Shown in pieces: positions 1-13,895 of a stretch of 13,895 bases of DNA. The position numbers were made by a program, and so were the translations under genes. Location: contig JBKJLC010000245.1 in assembly GCA_046597055.1 (NCBI GenBank), positions 1 through 13,895 on the forward strand. The letters run 5' to 3'. The notes beneath the pieces were generated by a model. That model was not told the origin of the DNA. It ran no database searches and worked only from the letters and a program-made list of their open reading frames with translations. The DNA is from Kofleriaceae bacterium (GTDB lineage Bacteria > Myxococcota_A > Polyangia > Haliangiales > Haliangiaceae). Every line of letters starts with the position of its first letter. Position 1 is the first letter of the stretch.

Positions 1-119
1 GCCCCGCTCAGCGGCGCCCTGGTCTGGGTCCTACCCAATCCGAGCGGCCTCAACGCGCACCACCAGCCCGACACCCTGGCCCGGCTCTTTCGCGAGCTCC
101 GGGACGCCGTCGCCCGATC

Positions 120-123
<4 letters not shown>
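1..123 (+). CDS. mug: G/U mismatch-specific DNA glycosylase (Mug/TDG family), 3' end only
   Basis: Frame 1 reads [49 protein letters not shown](N) is the characteristic C-terminal motif of family-2 uracil-DNA glycosylases. Stop TAA at 121-123. Not in the ORF track because it is 5'-truncated. Confidence 0.85.
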
Positions 124-1499
<1,376 letters not shown>

Positions 1500-1507
1500 C
1501 GGGCACG

Positions 1508-1516
1508 AGCCTAACA
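1508..1516 (-). promoter_or_regulatory. Putative extended -10 promoter (TGnTAGGCT) for a near-leaderless EBP transcript
   Basis: Minus strand reads TGT-TAGGCT-cgtgcccg-ATG(1499): a TG extension plus a TAnnnT hexamer 8 nt before the start codon, with no SD sequence. Confidence 0.5.
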
Positions 1517-1552
1517 CGCCGCCCGTTGCCACATGCGCGCCGGCGCGGCGCG

Positions 1553-1581
1553 TTGACCCCACGGGCCCACGGCGGTACCGT
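1553..1581 (+). promoter_or_regulatory. Putative sigma70-type promoter of the Glt/Nfs-like operon
   Basis: TTGACC (1553-1558), a 17-nt spacer, then TACCGT (1576-1581). An in-frame GTG follows at 1589, 7 nt after the -10, consistent with a leaderless mRNA. Confidence 0.6.
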
Positions 1582-1588
1582 GCGACCG

Positions 1589-2368
1589 GTGCTCGGATCC
1601 GCCAGGGGACACGTCGCACGCGCGCGCCTCCGGCCGATCGGCGCGGCGATCGTGACCGCCATGGTCGCGAGCGCGAGCGCGCATGCCGACCCGGCGGCCG
1701 CGACGGCCGCGACGGTGACGACCGCGTCGACCGCGTCGACCGCGCCCGGCGCTGATCGGCCGTCGGAGGCGCCGCTGCCGTCGTGCCTCGATCAGTCGAT
1801 CCGCGACGAGCTCGGCCGCGAGCTGCGGCCGCGCGGCGTGCAGAAGCGCGACTTCCAGAAGGACGGCCGGCTGCAGGTGATCGCCCGCGGCGGCCTCTAC
1901 GCCGGCGACCTCACCTCGTCGTCGTGGCTCGCCGGCGGCGCGCTGGCGCTGTGGTTCACCGAGGACTTCGGGATCGAGGCCGGCTTCGACGTCACGCCGA
2001 TCGCGCTCGACCTCGACGATCCGCTCGCCGACTTCTTCGGCGACGACCGGTTCGAGAAGGGGCTCGGCTTCCTGCCACTCGCGAACCTCCTGTGGTCGCC
2101 CATCCACACCAAGCTGCGGATCGGCGACGACATCGTCCACGGCGACTTCCTCTTCTACGCCGGCGGGGGTCGCCTGATCCACGACAGCGTCCAGGGCGTC
2201 ACCTTCGATGCCGGGTTCGCGCTCGACCTGTTCACCAGCAACCTCGTCACGGTCCGCTTCGACGTGCGCGACGTGATGGCGGTGCAGGAGGCGGTCGCCG
2301 AGACCCGGTTCACCAACAACCTGGTGGCGACCATGGCGCTGACGCTGTGGCTCCCGACCCCGCTATGA
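1589..2368 (+). CDS. Outer membrane beta-barrel protein, myxobacterial GltA/GltB/NfsA-B-like family (barrel 1), ~259 aa
   Basis: Signal peptide ending ...[16 protein letters not shown], Ala/Thr linker, family-type [44 protein letters not shown] and terminal LWLP; alternating amphipathic beta-strands. Start uncertain (ORF is open from 1526; GTG 1589 preferred). Confidence 0.85.
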   Translation: MLGSARGHVARARLRPIGAAIVTAMVASASAHADPAAATAATVTTASTASTAPGADRPSEAPLPSCLDQSIRDELGRELRPRGVQKRDFQKDGRLQVIARGGLYAGDLTSSSWLAGGALALWFTEDFGIEAGFDVTPIALDLDDPLADFFGDDRFEKGLGFLPLANLLWSPIHTKLRIGDDIVHGDFLFYAGGGRLIHDSVQGVTFDAGFALDLFTSNLVTVRFDVRDVMAVQEAVAETRFTNNLVATMALTLWLPTPL

Positions 2369-3075
2369 GCAAGCTGGCTGCCACGCTGGTGCTGCTCGCG
2401 GTCGCCGCCGAGCCCGCGCGCGCCGACCCGCGCACCGCCGCGACCGATCCAGCCGAGGCCGTGCGCGCCGAGCGCACCACCGCGATCTGCGTCGACCAGG
2501 AGATCGCCGATCGGCTGGCGGTCAAGCGCAAGCGGCGCGGCGCGGTCGACCGGCTGTTCGTGAAGCAGTCGCGCCACGAGCTGACCGCGCTGGGCGGCTA
2601 CTACGCGTCGGATCTGTTCAGCGGCACCTGGGTCGCGGGCGGCGCGTATACCTATCACATGACCGATCAGACCGCGGTCGAGTTCGGCGGTGGCATGACC
2701 CACGCCAACGCCGACGTGATCCGCGCGATCGAAGATCAACGCGGCGAGGTCCTCGACGACGACTTCGCCCGCGTGCTGTACGCGGAGTCGTTGCTCCTGT
2801 GGAGCCCGGTCTACGGCAAGCTTCGCCTGGGTGGCAGCATTGCCCACTTCGACCTCCATCTCGACCTGGGCGTCGGCGCGGTCGACTCCTCGACCAGCCG
2901 GGGCGCCATGGGCGTGGCAGGGTTGGGGATGAAGCTCTTCGTCGGGCGCGCGCTCGCGTTCCGGATCGACGCTCGCAACCGCGTGTATCGCCAGGAGCTC
3001 CTCGACGAGCGGTTCCTGGTGAACGACGCGGCCGTCACGCTCGGGTTCTCGCTGTTCCTGCCCTTCCGCAACTGA
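2365..3075 (+). CDS. Outer membrane beta-barrel protein, paralog of barrel 1 (GltA/GltB/NfsA-B-like, barrel 2), 236 aa
   Basis: ATG overlaps the previous stop (ATGA 2365-2368). Signal peptide [22 protein letters not shown]; motifs [38 protein letters not shown] and terminal FSLFLP. The ORF-track extension to 1783 is spurious. Confidence 0.88.
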   Translation: MSKLAATLVLLAVAAEPARADPRTAATDPAEAVRAERTTAICVDQEIADRLAVKRKRRGAVDRLFVKQSRHELTALGGYYASDLFSGTWVAGGAYTYHMTDQTAVEFGGGMTHANADVIRAIEDQRGEVLDDDFARVLYAESLLLWSPVYGKLRLGGSIAHFDLHLDLGVGAVDSSTSRGAMGVAGLGMKLFVGRALAFRIDARNRVYRQELLDERFLVNDAAVTLGFSLFLPFRN

Positions 3076-3115
3076 ACGTCCGCGACCCCGCGGTCGCACC
3101 CCTTCCGGAGCCGCC

Positions 3116-3953
3116 ATGTTGCCTTCCCTGCCACAGGACCCGGCCCGGCCGTCCGCGAAGCGGACATCGAGCGTCGCGCGCCGTTCGCCCCGCGCGGCCA
3201 TGGCCGTCGTGACCTGGCTGGCCGCGCTCGCGATCATGCTGGCCGCGGCCCCGGCCGACGCCGGCCGTCGCAAGAAGAAGAAGCCCAGGCCCCGGGTCAA
3301 ACCGGCGCCGGTCGAGGCGCCGGTCAAGCCCGAGCCGGCCGACGACGCCAGCACCCCCGAGGTCCCCGACGCGCCGCCCCCCGCGGTGGCGCCGGTCAAG
3401 CCCGAGCCGGTGGTCGCGCCCGCGCCGGTCGCACCCGCGCCGCCCGACGACGCGCGCGGCGCGGTCGACGTCGATGGCCTGCGCCAGGAGTATCTGAAGC
3501 TGCGCGACGAGCTGTTCGAGTCGCGCGCGCGCGCCGCCACGGTGTCGTCGGCGCTCTACTCGACCCGCATCGAGGTCAAGCTCAACTTCACCACCGGCCG
3601 GTTCTACGGGGTGACCCGCGCGATGGTGCGGCTCGACGGCGCCAGCGTGTTCGACGACACCAGCGGGGTGGTCGCCACCGACGACGCGGTCCGGTTCAGC
3701 GGCTGGATCGCGCCCGGCCGCCACGTCCTCACGCTGCGGGTCGAGACCGTCGGCAAGGACGACGAACGGTTCACCTCGGCGACCGAGTCGACCGTGGTCG
3801 TGCAGGCGATCGCCGGCAAGGATCTGACGGTCACCGCCCGCGCCTCGGACGGCGGCGACATCGCGTACGCGTGGAAGAAGAAGCAGCAGGGCAGCTACCA
3901 GCTCGGCATCGACGTCGACGTGCGCACCCAGGCCCGCGCGGCGGAGGAGCAGC

Positions 3954-3970
<17 letters not shown>
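3116..3970 (+). CDS. Exported hypothetical protein: signal peptide, Lys/Pro-rich linker, helical segment and beta-rich C-terminal domain
   Basis: GGAG lies 5 nt before ATG 3116 (alternative ATG 3200). Hydrophobic stretch [19 protein letters not shown], then [13 protein letters not shown], a Pro-rich region, helix [19 protein letters not shown] and beta-strand-like repeats ([21 protein letters not shown]). Codon usage is gene-like and it overlaps the next gene by 17 nt. Confidence 0.8.
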
Positions 3971-10292
<6,322 letters not shown>

Positions 10293-10293
<1 letters not shown>

Positions 10294-10706
10294 TGACACG
10301 TTTCCCTCTCCACGCCGCTTTCGACGGGGGCGTCCGCCCCCGGGCGCCCGCAGGCTTGCGGGTCACCGGCCCCAGCCGGGTGGGCGCATGTGCGCTGGTG
10401 ATGGCGCTGGTCGCGACCGCTCACGCCCAGCCGGCAGGTGGCGGCGACGGCAAGGACAAGCCTGCCACCGCACCGGCCGCGTCGTCCAAGCCGGCGGCGG
10501 GTGCCGGCGTCCTACCGGGCAAGCCACCGCCCGTCGGCAAGCCCAAGGTGTTCGACTTCACCGGCCTCGATATCTCCGGACGGCTGCGCACGCCGCAGCT
10601 GCTGTACTTCCTCGACCGTGCGACCGAGGAGCTCGAGCGCGCGTCGCTCGAGCGGCGCTCGTTCATCCCCGAGATGGTGCGCTCGGTCGACGAGGGTCCG
10701 CTGTGA
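10293..10706 (+). CDS. GltF (CglF)/NfsF-like small exported protein, ~137 aa
   Basis: TGATG overlap with the previous stop; signal peptide ...[16 protein letters not shown]; low-complexity linker; C-terminal [23 protein letters not shown]...[13 protein letters not shown] matches the CglF-type pattern (DF..x.I.G.L..P...Y...R...R..F.PE...S). Start uncertain. Confidence 0.78.
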
Positions 10707-12148
10707 CCGCGGCCGAGCCCGCGCCGGCGACCCGCGCGGTGCAGCTGCGCACCTCGCTGGTGTGGCGCGGCGAGGTCATGGCCGACAAGGTGCTCGACGC
10801 GCCCGGCACGATCACGCTCGGCTCGACCGCGCGCTCGACCTTCGTGGTCCCCGACGTGTCGCTGCCGCCCGACTTCGCGATCATCCGGCCCGGCAACCGC
10901 GGCTACCTGATGACGCTCGGCGCCGGCATGGGCGGCACCCTGTGTCTCGACGGCCAGGAGCGCGACGTCGCCGACTTCGTGCGCCGTGGCGGCGAGGGTG
11001 GCGACCAGACCAGCGGCACCGCCGGCCAGTTCCGCGCCACGCCGATCGGCGGCCGCGACTGGGGCGTGATCGACCTCGACAGCAGCGGCTACTACCAGCT
11101 CTTCTTCCAGTTCGTCCCGGTCGAGACGCCCATCCCGGGGCCGGTGGTGCGCCTGGAGATGCTGATCCCGGCGCTGGCGTTCTCGATCCTCATGCACGCG
11201 TTCCTGGTCGCGGCGACCTACAAGTTCGAGGAGCCCGGCGATTCCTTCGTGTACCCCGGGTCCAAGCGGCTCACCGGCAAGTTCTTGATCGAGCGCGCGC
11301 AGGAGCCGCCGCCGCCGGTGCCCGAGCCGATGATCGCGGTCAAGGCCGGGCCCGCCGCCGCGTCGGATCAGGGCCAGGTTGCCAAGGTCAAGTCGGCGAC
11401 CAAGGGCACCGAGGGCAAGTCCGGCGGCAAGGGCGACGAGCCGCGCGCGCGCGATCCCGACGCGCTCGAGGTGCCGCCCGAGGCCGCCCCGCCGCCGCCC
11501 AAGGTCGCGTTCCTGACCGAGAAGAACCGGTCGGCCCTCGACAACATCATCCAGGCCGACGTGCGCACCGCGCTCGGCAAGTTCACCGGCCTGCCCGGCC
11601 CCAAGCAGAAAGGTGGCATCGGCTCGGGCAAGGGCACCGGCACCGGCTTCGGCGACGATCTCGGCGGCACCGGCACCACCCGCGGCAGCCGCGGCACCGG
11701 CTCCGGCGGCGGCGGCTCCGCCCAGGGCGACTTCGTCTCGCAAGGCAAGATCGACACCGGCGAGACCCGCGCGCCCAAGGGCAGTGGTGGCACCGGCAGC
11801 GGCGTGAAGGAGGTCGCGGTGGTCAACAGTGGCGCGGCGTCGGGCAGCTTCGGCGGGCTGACCCGGGAGGAGATCGACAAGGTCGTGCGCTCGCGCATGA
11901 ACCTCATCCGCACCTGCTACCAGCGCGAGCTCGATCGCACCCGGGGCCTCGGCGGTCAGGTCACGGTCAAGTTCACGATCGCCGCGGCGGGCAACGTCAC
12001 CAAGACCGCGATCGACGGTGGCCGCACCACGCTCAAGAACGCCGCGGTCGCCGACTGCATCATGCGCCAGATCGCGAAGCTCACCTTTCCGGCCAAGGGC
12101 GGCGGCTTCGTGAACTACCCGTTCAACTTCTCGCAGGGCGGCGGCTGA
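10703..12148 (+). CDS. GltG (PglI)/NfsG-like TonB/TolA-type energy transducer with AgmX/PglI C-terminal domain, ~481 aa
   Basis: GTGA overlap at 10703-10706. Cytoplasmic N-domain ([11 protein letters not shown]...), single [23 protein letters not shown] containing S-x3-H, Pro/Gly-rich periplasmic linker and C-terminal [51 protein letters not shown]. Confidence 0.9.
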   Translation: MTAAEPAPATRAVQLRTSLVWRGEVMADKVLDAPGTITLGSTARSTFVVPDVSLPPDFAIIRPGNRGYLMTLGAGMGGTLCLDGQERDVADFVRRGGEGGDQTSGTAGQFRATPIGGRDWGVIDLDSSGYYQLFFQFVPVETPIPGPVVRLEMLIPALAFSILMHAFLVAATYKFEEPGDSFVYPGSKRLTGKFLIERAQEPPPPVPEPMIAVKAGPAAASDQGQVAKVKSATKGTEGKSGGKGDEPRARDPDALEVPPEAAPPPPKVAFLTEKNRSALDNIIQADVRTALGKFTGLPGPKQKGGIGSGKGTGTGFGDDLGGTGTTRGSRGTGSGGGGSAQGDFVSQGKIDTGETRAPKGSGGTGSGVKEVAVVNSGAASGSFGGLTREEIDKVVRSRMNLIRTCYQRELDRTRGLGGQVTVKFTIAAAGNVTKTAIDGGRTTLKNAAVADCIMRQIAKLTFPAKGGGFVNYPFNFSQGGG

Positions 12149-12168
12149 CCGTGACCGGAGGCATGACC

Positions 12169-12942
12169 ATGATGCACTTGACCCCATCGCTTGTCGTCGC
12201 CAGCGCCCTGCTCGCGGCCGGCTGCACCGAAGATCCTCAGTACGTACGGGCCCCGATGCAGACCGGGCTCGAGGTCGGCGTCGAAGGCACCGAGGCGTTC
12301 ACCGCCAGCGCGACCATCGGCCTGCCGATCGCGCTCGAGAAGCCCGCGGACGCGACCGCGCGCGGCGTGCGCGCCGCCGAGCTCGGGGTCGCGGTGCCGT
12401 ACGTCCGCCTCGGCGATCTCAGCGTCTCGATCGAGTGGACGATCAAGAACCTGGCCAACGCCGAGGGCACCGCCCGCATCGACGTGAACGGCGCCAACGC
12501 CGACTTCGTCTACGTCCCGCTCAACTTCGTGGTCGATCCCGAGGAGGACGAGGAGCCGCCGCCGCTGATGGGCGACATCCCGCTGCGGATCGCGGCCGGC
12601 GCGACCCGGTCGGGCACGTTCCGGGAGGACGAGATCCGCGAGGCGTCGATCGACCTCGAGCTGGTCTCGCGCGGCATGACCAACCCGTTCGCCGCGATGC
12701 TCACCACCAACGAGGACGACCCCGGCGTGATGATCCCGCCCGCGATCGTGCCGCTGGCCGATCTCGGCCTCCTGGTCCGGTTCGACCTCACGTTCGAGGC
12801 CGATCGCCACATGGTCCTCGAGTACGGCATCCGGGTCCGCGATCACCGCGGCATCCTGCACGAGGACCTGCTGTTCGCCCCCGCGGGCGAGCTCACGCCG
12901 TTCGCGCCGGCCGCGTTCACGCCGCCGCCGCCGCCGCCCTGA
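12169..12942 (+). CDS. Uncharacterised lipoprotein, ~257 aa
   Basis: GGAGG (12157-12161) lies 7 nt before ATG 12169 (alternatives 12163, 12172); lipobox LLAAG|CTED; beta-rich acidic mature part with [10 protein letters not shown] and a terminal FTPPPPPP. The ORF-track extension to 10438 is spurious. Confidence 0.82.
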   Translation: MMHLTPSLVVASALLAAGCTEDPQYVRAPMQTGLEVGVEGTEAFTASATIGLPIALEKPADATARGVRAAELGVAVPYVRLGDLSVSIEWTIKNLANAEGTARIDVNGANADFVYVPLNFVVDPEEDEEPPPLMGDIPLRIAAGATRSGTFREDEIREASIDLELVSRGMTNPFAAMLTTNEDDPGVMIPPAIVPLADLGLLVRFDLTFEADRHMVLEYGIRVRDHRGILHEDLLFAPAGELTPFAPAAFTPPPPPP

Positions 12943-12972
12943 CCGGTGCGCGTGTATCATCCCCGTCGACGG

Positions 12973-13557
12973 ATGCGCCGTACTGCTCGCGATCTCGCCC
13001 TGGCCGCTGGCCTGCTCTGCGGCGTGCCGACGGTGGCCGCCGCCGATCGCCCGGCCTCGCAGGGCTTCTACGCGGAGACCGGCTTCGGCGCGACCGGCAA
13101 CCTCGGCGCCGCCCGCAGCTACGCCAAGATCGGCCCCAAGATGTCGCTGCGCGTCGGCTACGACCTGTGGTCGTGGCTGTCGCTCGGGATCGCGGTCGAT
13201 GCCTCGAGCCACGAGGCGACCGTGCCGCCCCCGCCGGTCGGCGAGTGGTACCAGCTCTACCAGGGTCGCGCCGACGCGCGCCTGGGCACTCGCTTCGACA
13301 GCTTCGCCCTCTTCGTCGAGGGCGGCGCCGGCGCCACGTACATCTCGTCGAACATCCTCGGCCAGGTCGGCGTCCTCGATCCGGGCGAGCGCTTCTCGCC
13401 GGTCTTCTCCGGTGGCGGCGGCGGCGAGTACCAGCTGCAGAACCGCCATTACGCCTTCGGCCTCGCCGCCGACTACTGGCTCGCCCCCGCCTTCGACGGC
13501 CTGCAGGGCGTCGAGGCACGCTTCTACCTGCGCTACACCTACGGCGGCCCCCGCTAG
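12973..13557 (+). CDS. GltH (CglE)/NfsH-like small outer membrane beta-barrel protein, ~194 aa
   Basis: Signal peptide MRRTARDLALAAGLLCGVPTVAAA|DR; about 8 amphipathic strands with CglE-like motifs (GFYAETG, RVGYD..WLSLG, FVEGGAG, GGGGEY...RH, YLRYTY); last gene of an A-H-ordered operon. Alternative start GTG 12946. Confidence 0.75.
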   Translation: MRRTARDLALAAGLLCGVPTVAAADRPASQGFYAETGFGATGNLGAARSYAKIGPKMSLRVGYDLWSWLSLGIAVDASSHEATVPPPPVGEWYQLYQGRADARLGTRFDSFALFVEGGAGATYISSNILGQVGVLDPGERFSPVFSGGGGGEYQLQNRHYAFGLAADYWLAPAFDGLQGVEARFYLRYTYGGPR

Positions 13558-13677
13558 CAGCGGCTGCGGGCCTCGTCTGCGTCGTTGCCGGCCCCCCCAA
13601 CTTCGTCACGACCAGACGGTCGCTCCTCGTCGGGGCCCCACCGTTGCCTTGCATCCGAGGCTCCTCGCTCGCTGCTA
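13555..13677. repeat. 123-bp imperfect palindromic element (MITE/REP-like) with TA-bounded terminal inverted repeats
   Basis: TAGCAGCG (13555-13562) / CGCTGCTA (13670-13677); GCCTCG (13570-13575) / CGAGGC (13656-13661); CCCCAAC / GTCGGGG (one mismatch); apical CGACC-AGAC-GGTCG (13609-13622). The nested symmetry spans the whole element. Confidence 0.65.
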
Positions 13678-13712
13678 CTCGCGCGGTCCGCTCCGTTCCG
13701 GTCACGCTGAGC

Positions 13713-13733
13713 CGCGCGCCCGAAGGGTGCGCG
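13713..13733. terminator. GC-rich hairpin between convergent genes (possible terminator or REP-like hairpin)
   Basis: CGCGCGCCC-GAA-GGGTGCGCG: 9-bp stem with one G-T pair and a GAA loop, 14 nt past the stop of the minus-strand gene. No U-tract on either strand. Confidence 0.4.
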
Positions 13734-13747
13734 CGTCGAGGGGAAGG

Positions 13748-13895
13748 TCAGGGTACGAACAAAGAGTCGCCGGTGAGGAGGACGATGTTCATCTCGGGCT
13801 TTGTCATGAGGAAGTCGAAGGCGAGCGGGATCGAGCGGACGGTGCCGGACTTCGGATCGCGGCGCTGCAGGACCATCTGGTTGCGCTTGGCGAAC
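13748..13895 (-). CDS. Polysaccharide biosynthesis/export (OPX/Wza-family) protein, 3' end only (SLBB domain)
   Basis: Minus strand from 13894 reads FAKRNQMVLQRRDPKSGTVRSIPLAFDFLMTKPEMNIVLLTGDSLFVP* (TGA at 13748-13750). FA...V.R....G....I......N..L..GD.L.VP is the beta-grasp/SLBB ending typical of OPX proteins. Confidence 0.78.
   Translation of the reverse strand, partial: FAKRNQMVLQRRDPKSGTVRSIPLAFDFLMTKPEMNIVLLTGDSLFVP

Noticed and set aside
1500..1535. Possible sigma54 promoters: GGGCACG (+, 1501) and TGGCAAC (-, about 1525-1531)
   Set aside because: Neither has the required GC/TTGC at the -12 position 10 nt after the GG.
1721..1744. 9-bp tandem repeat ACCGCGTCG x2.7
   Set aside because: In-frame TAS-TAS-TA low-complexity linker after the signal peptide; not a regulatory or CRISPR repeat.
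1783..2364. N-terminal extensions in the ORF track (1783 for barrel 2; also 5873, 10388 and 10438 for downstream genes) suggesting fusions or frameshifts
   Set aside because: Each real protein has its own start at a stop/start overlap or RBS, mostly followed by a signal peptide. The extensions are out-of-frame read-through of the upstream gene.
3316..3410. 23-bp direct repeat GGCGCCGGTCAAGCCCGAGCCGG at 3316-3338 and 3388-3410
   Set aside because: Only two copies, in frame, encoding APVKPEP in a Pro-rich linker; no cas genes or array structure.
11610..11860. Gly/Thr/Ser-rich repetitive sequence (GGCACCGGC repeats)
   Set aside because: Ordinary flexible periplasmic linker of AgmX/PglI/TonB-like proteins.
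12917..13705. 262-aa minus-strand ORF spanning the intergenic palindrome
   Set aside because: Arg-rich with no motifs, antisense to the H-like barrel gene, and no transposase signature.

Overview
Very GC-rich DNA, myxobacterial by gene content. Most of the window (about 1589-13557, + strand) is one tightly coupled 10-gene operon encoding a complete Glt/Nfs-family trans-envelope machine. In order: two outer-membrane beta-barrels (GltA/B- or NfsA/B-like), an extra exported Pro-rich protein, GltC-, GltD(AgmU)-, GltE(AglT)-, GltF(CglF)- and GltG(PglI)-like proteins, an extra uncharacterised lipoprotein, and a GltH(CglE)-like barrel. The contiguous A-H order resembles the M. xanthus nfs spore-coat operon more than the split glt gliding loci, but with two additional subunits and no AglRQS motor genes in view. 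An FHA/sigma54 enhancer-binding protein gene is divergent upstream and has two Pro substitutions in a conserved AAA+ helix; both divergent genes look leaderless from sigma70-type promoters. The 3' end of a Mug-family glycosylase lies at the left edge. On the right are a 123-bp TA-bounded palindromic element, a GAA-loop hairpin, and the convergent 3' end of a short OPX/Wza-type polysaccharide exporter (not in the ORF track), which hints at a link between this machine and polysaccharide export. All family calls come from motif recognition by eye; no searches were run.
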